Source: an uncultured Rikenellaceae bacterium
Lineage (GTDB): Bacteria > Bacteroidota > Bacteroidia > Bacteroidales > VadinHA17
DNA: 64,000 nucleotides
Direction of reading: 5' to 3'
Assembly: GCA_964472085.1 (NCBI GenBank)
Contig: CAYYIW010000003.1
Location: 2,893 to 66,892 of the forward strand
Shown here: one piece after another, positions 37,278-47,017 of the stretch
How positions within the stretch are numbered: position 1 is the stretch's first letter
Layout: each line of letters begins with the position of its first letter
The notes under the pieces: model-generated
Seen by the model: only the letters and a program-made list of their open reading frames with translations
What the model was told of the DNA's origin: nothing
The model's database searches: none
Program-made: the position numbers and the translations under genes

Positions 37278-39491
37278 CAGGTAGTCAAGCAGGATCGGGA
37301 GATCATCGGGATTAACGCCGAGTGAAAGTAATAACTGCCTGTCATCCATATAAATCGATATAAACTTATTTTTCTTAAGCTTACCGCTTATAATACTTTG
37401 TCTGTAGTAATCAACTGCCTGCAATTGCTTACCTTTGCACAGCGCTATATGGCCCATGTTTATAAGGTCATGGGCATTTAATTTTCCCTTGGAAAGCCTG
37501 TCGTAATATTTTTCAGACTCATCCAGCCTTCCAAGAGCGAGGTAACAGAAAGCTATGGGCCTTAATATCCTAAGATTACCTGGTTCCTTGTATTCCACCC
37601 GGAAATAGTATTTAAGTGCCTTCTCATAATCTTTCAGATCAAGGTAACAGTGCCCCGTCATTATAACAGTATGGATATTATCTGGCTCCAGGTCACCTGC
37701 CTGCAGATAATACTCAAGGGCTTCTTCTATCCTGCCAAGCTTCCTGAGGCAGAAACCTATTTTCTTTATTGTCCATGCTTTTCTGTCGATCAGTTCGGCA
37801 AGCCTGTAATACTTTAATGCTTCATCATAATTTAGAGTTTGCTGGTAACAATACCCTGTCTTCTCGTACAACTGGACATCTGATGGTCTCTCATCTATCT
37901 GCCGGAGGAAAAGAGGGAGGGCATCTTCATAAAAGTTCTTGCTGAAGAAATAGTCAGCGAGCCCTGCTTCTGCATCCATGTTGCTGCACGTCATCCTGAA
38001 GAATTCAGAATTATAGATGTCCAGCTTGCCGGTGAACAGGTCCTCAAATTCTTTTTTGTAAGGCGATAACTTGAAAAACCGGTATATGTCCTGGAGATAC
38101 TGTGTAACATTGATTCTGAAATTCCTGTATATATCAATGGCTGTTTCTTCTTCGTCCAGTTGCTGTAGTCCTTCCAGTTCCATTCGGAATACTTTGAGCA
38201 TCATTGTTTTCTGAGATGTTGGAAGATATTTTAGGTTAAGCAGTAATGAATACTTATCTGAATTACAGATAAATGGAGTCTTATATAAAGCTTCTGCCAG
38301 CTCATTAGTACCCGGTCCCAGTATTTCATCCCTGTATATCTCATCAACAACTTCATGTTCAGGATAGAAAGGGATGAACCAGTTCTGGAAATCCTTAAAA
38401 AAATCAAAATGCTTCATGTTGGCAAAAGCCGACATATAAATATCTGCACCTTCCATCTGGAGCTTGGTAAGCTCCTCCATCGTCTTGAATATTTCCTCAG
38501 AGTCGCTGAACATATCAGACCAGTCTGGATTCTTCTCCTCAATTTTATCGTCCGGGAGTATATTATCAAGATCCAGCTTTTCTTCTATCCGCGGTTTAAG
38601 TTTGGCTACCTGCGGGAGTATTTCATCATGCAATTTACGACTGAGGTTCTCGGTCTCCCTGGATCTGATGGTCTGAAGAACGATTATCCTGCAGTGTTCC
38701 CTGAAATTTGAGTCATTGCTCAGGTTTGAAATGCGTTTGATTATTTCTGGATAAAGGGTGAACCTGTCATTATAATAATGGAGGTTAAGTATAAGTCCGG
38801 TCAGAGCCCTCTCCATCACCTGTTCCTGGCCGGCTTCATATATACGTATTAGGTGGTATAACTTTTCAGTCTGCCATGTCCTGAGTGAACTGAGGGTGAT
38901 GGCAGATGTAAACAGGCTGGCCTCATACCATCTGAATTTACCTGAAGAGAGAATTATACCGATCAGGCTGTTTTCAGCTTCACCATAATAATCGGTAATC
39001 CATAAATGATTGAATATGTTACTGATCAATTGACCATGCTTTTTAGAGATCTCCGATTCAGGATCCGGGATAATTTCTGTACTGAGTTGCAGCCATTCAT
39101 CAAGCTCAGATTTGAATATAAGGTCATCAACGCTCTCTACAATGGTCTTACCGCTCAGTTTCTGCTCTTTCTCTGCCTGTTCTTTTACCCAGTAGGTATG
39201 CCATCCGGAATAGTGTGACAATATGTCCTGTCGTGCCCTGTCTGCTAATCCAAGTATTGACTGGATCAGTTTGGTATATATCATATCCCTTTCAGGATCC
39301 TTAACGCCATCAATAGTGTAGGTAAGCATATTCCTGTAGGTCATGACCATGTTGTCAAACTCATCACGCAAATCGCTAAGAGATACATTTTTAAGCATAT
39401 CTGACAGTATGTCAAGACTATGCTTGATCCTTTTCTCTGAAACAAGGTTGCATATATTTTTATGTTGTTTTATTATTTTTCCTACATCCAT
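37260..39491 (-). CDS. Tetratricopeptide-repeat protein
   Basis: C-terminal TPRs (YEKTGYCYQQ, KIGFCLRKLG, GHCYLDL); WFIPF and CNSDKYS motifs. Confidence 0.85.
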   Translation of the reverse strand: MDVGKIIKQHKNICNLVSEKRIKHSLDILSDMLKNVSLSDLRDEFDNMVMTYRNMLTYTIDGVKDPERDMIYTKLIQSILGLADRARQDILSHYSGWHTYWVKEQAEKEQKLSGKTIVESVDDLIFKSELDEWLQLSTEIIPDPESEISKKHGQLISNIFNHLWITDYYGEAENSLIGIILSSGKFRWYEASLFTSAITLSSLRTWQTEKLYHLIRIYEAGQEQVMERALTGLILNLHYYNDRFTLYPEIIKRISNLSNDSNFREHCRIIVLQTIRSRETENLSRKLHDEILPQVAKLKPRIEEKLDLDNILPDDKIEEKNPDWSDMFSDSEEIFKTMEELTKLQMEGADIYMSAFANMKHFDFFKDFQNWFIPFYPEHEVVDEIYRDEILGPGTNELAEALYKTPFICNSDKYSLLLNLKYLPTSQKTMMLKVFRMELEGLQQLDEEETAIDIYRNFRINVTQYLQDIYRFFKLSPYKKEFEDLFTGKLDIYNSEFFRMTCSNMDAEAGLADYFFSKNFYEDALPLFLRQIDERPSDVQLYEKTGYCYQQTLNYDEALKYYRLAELIDRKAWTIKKIGFCLRKLGRIEEALEYYLQAGDLEPDNIHTVIMTGHCYLDLKDYEKALKYYFRVEYKEPGNLRILRPIAFCYLALGRLDESEKYYDRLSKGKLNAHDLINMGHIALCKGKQLQAVDYYRQSIISGKLKKNKFISIYMDDRQLLLSLGVNPDDLPILLDYLLFTID

Positions 39492-39506
39492 ATCATTTCT
39501 TCTTTA

Positions 39507-39514
39507 CAAAAATA
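39507..39514 (-). promoter_or_regulatory. -7 promoter element for the TPR gene
   Basis: TATTTTTG on the minus strand, 15 nt upstream of the start. Confidence 0.45.
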
Positions 39515-39650
39515 TCCTGCCAAAAGATCATGTGTTCTATCCGGAGCAAGTATCTGCAAGAATCAGACCGTAAATAAAGAACATGAAAAAACATCAGCTT
39601 TTAAATTGGTATCTGACCATGTATTACTATTGATAATTTTGAATCCATGG

Positions 39651-41960
39651 TCAGAAGTTATACCCCAGGCTGATAAAGGCTTTTATGGCACTGAAATATT
39701 TTTCGTGATCGTATAAACCATGCATGATACCTGCCCGTAAGGGTCCGAAAATGGAGGAATAGCCAACACTGAAACCATATCCTGCCAGGAAAGGATAACC
39801 TTTATCCGCAAAGGCTTCTTTTATCAGCGCAAAATTGGCCAGGATCCCCAAATGAAAAGAGGGGAACAATTCATAATCCGCCTGTGCCGATACTTCAGCC
39901 AGCCTGTTTATCCTGATCTCCCCGGGATGAAATCCGGCCATTGGTACAGAGCGTATTGTCAGGGGAGTCATGCCGCCAAGGAAATAAAAGTTATTCTGTT
40001 GCGATACCGTGTCGGTGTGTGTCAAATAAAGAAAATCGGCACCAAGACCGAATGTCAGCTTCTTTGACGTGGAAAAATAATGTCTGTAATGGCCTGAAAA
40101 TGTATAGAATTTTTCGAATGCAGGCATCCCGTCCCTGTTTTCAGTATAGCTGGTTGATGAGAAGCTGGTTTTCGTCGAATAAGAAAGCAGCTTTGAAATA
40201 CCTCCTGATAAGTTAAGAACTGCACCGTAGTTGGGAAAGTATTTGATATCAAGAGTATTTAGATTATACTCCATGTTGAGATTCATATAGTTATATGATA
40301 TATACTTTAGTTCTTCAGGTGAAAGGAACTGAGGAAGGTAACTCAATGACTGGTATGTTCCTGAAATCTCAAGCATGTGGTTCAGACCAAATCTCTTAAA
40401 CAGTGATACTCCCGGATAGAAATTTCTGGTTATAGTATTTCCGGTCTCCCCCCTTAACTCAAGCATTGGCATAAGCGAATTCTCAACGTAAAAATTAAGT
40501 GACAATCCATATTTCTGATTATGGTCGATGAATTGAAAATACTTTGACCTGGCCCTGAAATACTGTCCGATAGAGGCATCTGTCTCAAATTTGGATTTTT
40601 GTATGAGAGGATTTTTGACAGAAAACCTCAGGATGACACCGGACCTAAGACCATTGTCGTAATGCACCGAGGCATATAACATAGTTTTGGATAATTCTGT
40701 GCAGTCTATCATAAGGAGCAGCGAATCGTTTCGAGGGACTATCCTGTATTTTACCTTATCAAACCAGTTCTTGCCATAAAGGAGATCGATCCTTTCGGTT
40801 ATCATCTCCTTATCCACTCTCTGGTACGGGTGTATATTAAGAACACCAAGGATCTGTTTCTTGGAGATCTTCTTGTTCCCATTTATCTGTATCCTGTCGA
40901 AGGAATAGAATTGTCTTCCAAGTATTTTATCAATAGGTGGCTGGGATTCAATCCTGTTAAGTGAATCAGCAATTCTTCTGAACTTTTCCTTGAAGGGGAG
41001 TGCTGCCCTGTATCCACGTTGTATGATCGTATCAATATTATCGAAAGATGTTGAGGAAAGGTCTTCTGTTTTTGGCTCAATCAGAATGTCTGCATATTTC
41101 TTTTGTTTTTCAAAATCATCCACTCCTATAAAAAACAGCAGCTGAGAAAGTATGTCCGTTACAGACTGAAGTTCCTCCTCGTTGCTCATATAACTACCTG
41201 TATAAGAAGCAATAACAATAGAAGCACCCATGTCGCGTGTTTCACTGACCGCCAGGTTGCGGACCATTCCTCCGTCGATGAGTAAGAGGCTGTCTATTTT
41301 CAACGGGGTAAAAATTGTTGGTACTGCAGAACTGGCTCTCATGGCATCAGAAAGATAACCACCGGTAAGCTCTGTCTTGGTGATGGTGACCAGATTGGTA
41401 GCCAGGCACATAAAAGGGATCGGCAGCTTTGAAAAGTCATCAATCCTCGCAGCTGGCCATGTATAATAACTTAACATTTTTTCCATCTGCTGACCATTGA
41501 TAAGACCTGATGGTATGATGGATTTCTTTAATGCAAGGGGTATTGCGATAATATTATTATTGAAATATTTCTTTTCAGGGTAGATGATCTTGTTTTCAGG
41601 TATCTGGTTTGTCAGGATTAGATTCCAGTCAATGGCTTTAGACAGCTTTTCAATGCTGTCGGCAGAATATCCCATTGCATATAGACCTCCAATGATGCTT
41701 CCCATGCTTACCCCGGTGATGACATCAGGTCTTAGCCCCGCTTCCTCCATCACTTTAAGGACCCCAATGTGTGCCAGTCCGCAGGAGCCTCCGCCACTTA
41801 AGGCAAGACCGACTTTAGGACGAATGGTGCTGACCTGGGAATATGTATAATCCTGGGGATATATGAAAAGGATGAGCGACGAAATAATAATCACACGCAG
41901 GATGATATGTAATATACTTAACCGAAACTGTTTTAACCTGGTAATGATAAGGCTTATCAT
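39651..41960 (-). CDS. Patatin-like phospholipase fused to POTRA and an Omp85-type barrel (PlpD-like)
   Basis: LSGGGSCG, GVSMG nucleophile elbow, IDGG; POTRA-like FDRIQINGN...LYGKNWFDKV; C-terminal ISLGYNF. Confidence 0.85.
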   Translation of the reverse strand: MISLIITRLKQFRLSILHIILRVIIISSLILFIYPQDYTYSQVSTIRPKVGLALSGGGSCGLAHIGVLKVMEEAGLRPDVITGVSMGSIIGGLYAMGYSADSIEKLSKAIDWNLILTNQIPENKIIYPEKKYFNNNIIAIPLALKKSIIPSGLINGQQMEKMLSYYTWPAARIDDFSKLPIPFMCLATNLVTITKTELTGGYLSDAMRASSAVPTIFTPLKIDSLLLIDGGMVRNLAVSETRDMGASIVIASYTGSYMSNEEELQSVTDILSQLLFFIGVDDFEKQKKYADILIEPKTEDLSSTSFDNIDTIIQRGYRAALPFKEKFRRIADSLNRIESQPPIDKILGRQFYSFDRIQINGNKKISKKQILGVLNIHPYQRVDKEMITERIDLLYGKNWFDKVKYRIVPRNDSLLLMIDCTELSKTMLYASVHYDNGLRSGVILRFSVKNPLIQKSKFETDASIGQYFRARSKYFQFIDHNQKYGLSLNFYVENSLMPMLELRGETGNTITRNFYPGVSLFKRFGLNHMLEISGTYQSLSYLPQFLSPEELKYISYNYMNLNMEYNLNTLDIKYFPNYGAVLNLSGGISKLLSYSTKTSFSSTSYTENRDGMPAFEKFYTFSGHYRHYFSTSKKLTFGLGADFLYLTHTDTVSQQNNFYFLGGMTPLTIRSVPMAGFHPGEIRINRLAEVSAQADYELFPSFHLGILANFALIKEAFADKGYPFLAGYGFSVGYSSIFGPLRAGIMHGLYDHEKYFSAIKAFISLGYNF

Positions 41961-42023
41961 ATGCAGCTTTCATTTCTTGTAATCAAAGATAATCAAGATA
42001 TTACTTTTAAGTACATTTGCAGA

Positions 42024-43826
42024 ATGAAAAATGGGATGATACGGGCAGGGGAGTGGCTGCCAGTAACAGGGAAAGAGATTGAAGCAAGAGGATGGGATGT
42101 GCCTGATGTGATTATTTTCAGCGGTGATGCATATGTTGATCACCCTTCTTTCGGTCCGGCTGTTATTGGAAGAGTAATAGAAGCCGCAGGAATGCGTGTT
42201 GCCATAGTACCACAGCCAAACTGGAAGGATGATCTGCGCGACTTCAGGAAAATGGGCAAACCCAGGTATTTTTTTGGTGTTACGGCAGGTAACATGGATT
42301 CAATGGTTAACCATTATACCGCAGCCAAAAGACTAAGATCGGATGATGCGTATACCCCGGGAGGTAAGGCCGGCTTCCGCCCTGATTATCCTACAATCGT
42401 TTATTCCCGCATTCTTAAGAAATTATATCCGGATGTCCCGGTAGTGATAGGAGGTATAGAAGCTTCCATGAGGCGACTTACACATTATGACTACTGGAAA
42501 GATACCCTTGAACCATCTGTCCTGGTCAGCAGTGGTGCTGACTTGTTGATATACGGAATGGGGGAGCAGCCTGTAAAAGAGCTCGTCAGGCTTTTACTCA
42601 AAGGGATACCTTTCTATTCCCTCAAGACTATACCTCAGACGGGGCTTGTACTTGACAGGGACGACTCATTACCGGTTCAGTCGGGCTGGAAGGATATACT
42701 CCTGCATTCTTTTGAAGAATGTGTATCTGACAGGAAAGTTTTCGCTGATAATTTTGTGAAATTTGAGAAGGAATCACACAAGATAGTTCAGGCCCGCCTG
42801 ACAGAGCCTTGTGGTAGTTCCATGGTGGTTATTAATCCTCCATTTATGCCCGCAAATGAAGAGGAAGCTGACAGTACCTATGATCTTCCCTATACCTATA
42901 TGCCACATCCAAAATACATGAAAAAAGGCATTATCCAGGCATGGGAGATGATCAGATTCTCAGTCAATATTCATCGTGGCTGTTTCGGCGGATGCAGCTT
43001 CTGTGCGATTGCTGCTCACCAGGGAAAACAAATAGTAAGCCGTTCGGAAAAGTCGATAATGAAGGAGGTACGGAAAATTACGTCATTACCTGGATTTAAA
43101 GGTCACCTAACTGACCTTGGGGGACCATCAGCAAATATGTACAGGATGAAAGGGTTAAAACAGGAATTGTGCATGACCTGTACCAGGCCGTCATGTATAT
43201 GGCCAGATGTTTGCAGGAACCTTGATACTAATCACAGTCCTCTCACAGAGCTATACAGAAAAGTTGACAGTGTGGAAGGCGTGAAGAAATCATTTATAGG
43301 CAGCGGACTCAGGTATGACATGTTATTTGCGGATTGGAATCCTAAAGCAGGCAGGGCAGAGAGGGAATACCTCGGGGAACTGGTAGCTAAGCACGTGTCA
43401 GGAAGACTTAAGGTGGCTCCTGAACATACATCGGAAAGTGTATTGTTCTGGATGAGAAAGATGCCCTTCAGTCTTTTCGTGAAGTTGAAGAAGAAATTTT
43501 ATGAACTGACGGGTAGCCTTGGTCTTCCCTACGAAATAATACCATATTTCATCTCGTCACACCCTGGATGCACAGAAAATGATATGAAAAAGTTAGCGGA
43601 AGAGATGAAACGCACCGGTATCCGTCCGGAGCAGGTTCAGGATTTTACGCCTACCCCGATGACACTTTCGACACTGATGTATTATACAGGATTTGATCCT
43701 TATACAGGAAGGAAAGTGTATGTGGCGAGGAATATTGATGAGAAGAAAAGGCAAAAGGAATATTTTTTCTGGTACAGGAAAAAACATTTCCCCGGGAAGA
43801 AGGAGTCAGTGGAAAAGCGAAAATAA
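42024..43826 (+). CDS. ygiQ: YgiQ family radical SAM protein
   Basis: GDAYVDHPSFG, HRGCFGGCSFC (CxxxCxxC), DLGGPSANMY, APEH, QVQDFTPTPMT. Confidence 0.92.
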   Translation: MKNGMIRAGEWLPVTGKEIEARGWDVPDVIIFSGDAYVDHPSFGPAVIGRVIEAAGMRVAIVPQPNWKDDLRDFRKMGKPRYFFGVTAGNMDSMVNHYTAAKRLRSDDAYTPGGKAGFRPDYPTIVYSRILKKLYPDVPVVIGGIEASMRRLTHYDYWKDTLEPSVLVSSGADLLIYGMGEQPVKELVRLLLKGIPFYSLKTIPQTGLVLDRDDSLPVQSGWKDILLHSFEECVSDRKVFADNFVKFEKESHKIVQARLTEPCGSSMVVINPPFMPANEEEADSTYDLPYTYMPHPKYMKKGIIQAWEMIRFSVNIHRGCFGGCSFCAIAAHQGKQIVSRSEKSIMKEVRKITSLPGFKGHLTDLGGPSANMYRMKGLKQELCMTCTRPSCIWPDVCRNLDTNHSPLTELYRKVDSVEGVKKSFIGSGLRYDMLFADWNPKAGRAEREYLGELVAKHVSGRLKVAPEHTSESVLFWMRKMPFSLFVKLKKKFYELTGSLGLPYEIIPYFISSHPGCTENDMKKLAEEMKRTGIRPEQVQDFTPTPMTLSTLMYYTGFDPYTGRKVYVARNIDEKKRQKEYFFWYRKKHFPGKKESVEKRK

Positions 43827-43870
43827 AGATCCGGCCGTGTTAACAGGATCAATATCTGCGCGCGTTCAGA

Positions 43871-44200
43871 TTATACGGGATCCTGAGCGGGAGGCTCAAG
43901 GTATCGCACAGGTTTGCTGTTCTTTTTGGCATACTCGATCTCACTCATTGTGGAAGATCCTATATACCCGCCAACATTAACAACAAATATCTCGTCTGCC
44001 AGATCAATCTTACGCTTGTGCATTTCATCCAGCATCTCCTTTGTATTGTCTGACCATACTTCATTATCTCCGGAGTGTCCGAACAGGCCAACACTTATTA
44101 CTATATACCCTTCAAGCGTGAGTTTTTTCTGTACAGCCAGGAATTCATCCTTGAATTTAGTACTGCCACACAGTGTGATTATCCTGAATTTTTCTACCAT
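43871..44200 (-). CDS. Small nucleoside 2-deoxyribosyltransferase-like (DUF4406-like) protein
   Basis: ITLCGSTKF, KIDLADEIFVVNVGGYIGSST..EIEYA. Confidence 0.65.
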   Translation of the reverse strand: MVEKFRIITLCGSTKFKDEFLAVQKKLTLEGYIVISVGLFGHSGDNEVWSDNTKEMLDEMHKRKIDLADEIFVVNVGGYIGSSTMSEIEYAKKNSKPVRYLEPPAQDPV

Positions 44201-44238
44201 AGTCAGCAGGATTCATGTTTACCTGTGAAGATAGTCTT

Positions 44239-46770
44239 TTATCTGAGAAACATATTCCCTAAAAGGGTTCTTCCGCTTTTCCAGAAGGCCCTGAAGAACG
44301 GATCATCAGTTACATAAACCACCTCGCCTGTCCCGATACTTTCGGATCCTATAACCAGGGTGTTCTTTACCTTGTCTTTGTATTTGAAACCGGCAAATCC
44401 TGAAACAGGTTCTTTATCGAGGACATACCCTATATTATTACCTTTTTCAAGAAACGGGTAACCTGGTGATCGCTTCAGGATAAACCATTCACTGCCCATG
44501 CCGAAAGCATAGGGATGTGTATCATCTAGATGGACCCTGTAAATGCTGCCTTCAGACCTGTTCGCAAGTGAGTACCTCCTGTCAGTTTCGTACTCATACT
44601 TCTTGAGGAGTGTCGTATCATCACTCCTGGTCTTTTTATCGGTGGTCTTAATTTCTGATGCTCGTTTTTTAATGCCACTGGCGAGGGAAGTTGATGGAAA
44701 TCCGGCAAATATTGAAACAGCCCGTTCAAAAGCTACCACTTTACCCCCTCTTTTTATAAAGTCCATTATAGTGTCTTTTTGCTGTTTTGAATATGTACCG
44801 GAAGTGATTATCAGTATTTTATATTTGCTGAGATCTGCATTTGGTGACCTGTCAATATTAATTAATGAAACAGGGTAATTAAGTTCTCTTTCAAAGTAAA
44901 ACCATAGTTCTCCAACTGAGGATGAAGATGTCTTCTCACCACACAGGAGGGCTATATTTCGTTTCTTCATGAGAGGAGAATAACCCGAACCGAAATCCCT
45001 TCCGCTCTGAACAAGTCCTGTATTGCTGGTGATAAGTTCGACCTGGCATTCGTTGGCAGCATTCGTGACTGTGCTGTCAAATCCCGTTTTGAGATGTTTA
45101 TTATCACCACGCGCGACTATTATACTTCCCCTGTTGAATTGCCTGTTTCCTATTCTGAATGGCTTCAGGGCATATCTCAGTCTCACATCCTTACGGTAAA
45201 GTGCAGCCATAAACTTTAACTCATCAAACCCGGTAAAGTCGACTATATAGGCATAAGGTGTATCTTTTTCAACTTTGTTGGCTATCTTCCTGGTCTCAAC
45301 TTTTCCTGAATCAGCCGCGATCCTGTCTTTTAAGGCATAGGCTTTGAGGTTATATACGAATGGAAGTGCCCAAGCTGTCAGGTCATAGCTGATTGAATCG
45401 GACATTCTGCTATGGGGTTCAAAGAGTACCTCAAGCAAATGTGATTCGGGCTGATAAGCACTTACCAGTATATCGCCCCTTTCTATCGTGACTTCCCCTT
45501 CCTTGTTCCTGGAATAGTCAAATGCTGAGTATTTTTTACCAGTATTTCCTGCATAGCTGTATCTTATCTGATTATTATCAAGCAGCTGTAACAGGGCCTT
45601 TACATTTGATTTTTCGTTTGTACCTTTTATGATAAATGATTTATACCTGTAGGACGGATTATTCCCTGAACTTTCAAAATATTTATTGAACTCGGAAACC
45701 AGGCTGTCGCGGTTTTCACAGGCCACCTTGATGGTAGCCATTGAAGATGTAAAGTGGCCATCTATTCTTTCTTTTAGCGTAAGTGTATCCCCCGATTCCT
45801 GTTTATATGCCAGTCCTGATGCTCCTCCGCCGCCCTGTTCGTAAGTAAAACCCATGGCTCCGTTGAACAGTGGCCAGGTATCTCCGTAACTGGGGTAAAA
45901 AAGGTCGAAATTCTCCTTTGTGAAATAGAGTCTGAATTTACGATCGAAGAGGGCAGCATTGCCTTTGCCCATCAGTTTATGGAACTCATGCTGCCAGGGA
46001 GTTAGTATATCATGCCAGGGATTGGCACCAGGAGCAAAAAAGTAGGTGGATTCCGGTCCCATTTCATGAAAATCGGCATGTACCTGTGGCATTACCTGCC
46101 TGTAAAGCCTTATCTTCTGTTGCGATTCAGCCTGTGTCTGCCAGGTCCAGTCGCGGTTAAGGTCGAACAGGTAGTGGTTGGTTCTTGATCCGGGCCAACC
46201 TTCGTGATGCTCCCATGCATTAGGATCGGGATTCATAAAACTGCTCATGGCTGTCCTGTATCTTTCTGTGTACAGGTCATGTCCGTCTGGATTCTGACAG
46301 GGATCAATTACCACTATACATTCCTTCAGATATTCCGATATACCCGGGAAGGAGCCTGTTACAAGGGTGTACAGTGTTTTCATGGCAGCTTCAGTTCCTA
46401 CAGCCTCATTACCGTGTATATTATAACTCAGCCATATGAACGGTATCTGTTTTCCTTTGACTTCTCCCTGCAGCAACCCTGTTTTTATCAGGTTGTTCTT
46501 CCTGTATCTCTCCAGATCTGCTATGTTTTCAGGAGCTGAAACAAAGCATACCCCAAGTGTGCGACCTTCATAAGTCTTTCCATACTCCCTGAACTCTGCC
46601 ATGGGGGATTGCTTTGCAACATACCTGAAGTATTCTATCGCTTTGTACTGCCATGTGAATTGTGATCCCAGTTCGTATCCGAGGAACTCATCAGGGGTAC
46701 TGATACCCTGAGATTTTAATGTTACTGATAGTAATGTAAGTGTGATGGCGCAAAGAAGAAGTCTTTTCAT
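44239..46770 (-). CDS. Secreted M14 zinc carboxypeptidase with C-terminal accessory domain
   Basis: Signal peptide, IHGNE, NPDG, DLNRDW, DFHEMG, YDLTAWALP. Confidence 0.9.
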   Translation of the reverse strand: MKRLLLCAITLTLLSVTLKSQGISTPDEFLGYELGSQFTWQYKAIEYFRYVAKQSPMAEFREYGKTYEGRTLGVCFVSAPENIADLERYRKNNLIKTGLLQGEVKGKQIPFIWLSYNIHGNEAVGTEAAMKTLYTLVTGSFPGISEYLKECIVVIDPCQNPDGHDLYTERYRTAMSSFMNPDPNAWEHHEGWPGSRTNHYLFDLNRDWTWQTQAESQQKIRLYRQVMPQVHADFHEMGPESTYFFAPGANPWHDILTPWQHEFHKLMGKGNAALFDRKFRLYFTKENFDLFYPSYGDTWPLFNGAMGFTYEQGGGGASGLAYKQESGDTLTLKERIDGHFTSSMATIKVACENRDSLVSEFNKYFESSGNNPSYRYKSFIIKGTNEKSNVKALLQLLDNNQIRYSYAGNTGKKYSAFDYSRNKEGEVTIERGDILVSAYQPESHLLEVLFEPHSRMSDSISYDLTAWALPFVYNLKAYALKDRIAADSGKVETRKIANKVEKDTPYAYIVDFTGFDELKFMAALYRKDVRLRYALKPFRIGNRQFNRGSIIVARGDNKHLKTGFDSTVTNAANECQVELITSNTGLVQSGRDFGSGYSPLMKKRNIALLCGEKTSSSSVGELWFYFERELNYPVSLINIDRSPNADLSKYKILIITSGTYSKQQKDTIMDFIKRGGKVVAFERAVSIFAGFPSTSLASGIKKRASEIKTTDKKTRSDDTTLLKKYEYETDRRYSLANRSEGSIYRVHLDDTHPYAFGMGSEWFILKRSPGYPFLEKGNNIGYVLDKEPVSGFAGFKYKDKVKNTLVIGSESIGTGEVVYVTDDPFFRAFWKSGRTLLGNMFLR

Positions 46771-46969
46771 TTATTAGGTTTTTAACATTGAATGGTTAAA
46801 TATAATCTTTTTTCATATCACCTGAATATGATTTCAATCTGCTTTTAAACAGTGATGTAAGCTTAATAATATCTTGAAAAAGTTAAAATAGTTAATTGGT
46901 ATTATCCGGTCTTTATGGAAACAGATTAGTGATGTTAAGCATAAGAGTTGAATAAGTATTTAAAATTCT

Positions 46970-46977
46970 TATTTTTG
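46970..46977 (+). promoter_or_regulatory. -7 promoter element for the S9 peptidase gene
   Basis: TATTTTTG(CTA) 40 nt upstream of the ATG. Confidence 0.45.
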
Positions 46978-47017
46978 CTATCCTGTTAAATTAGTTCAAT
47001 TATTAATTAAATATCAG

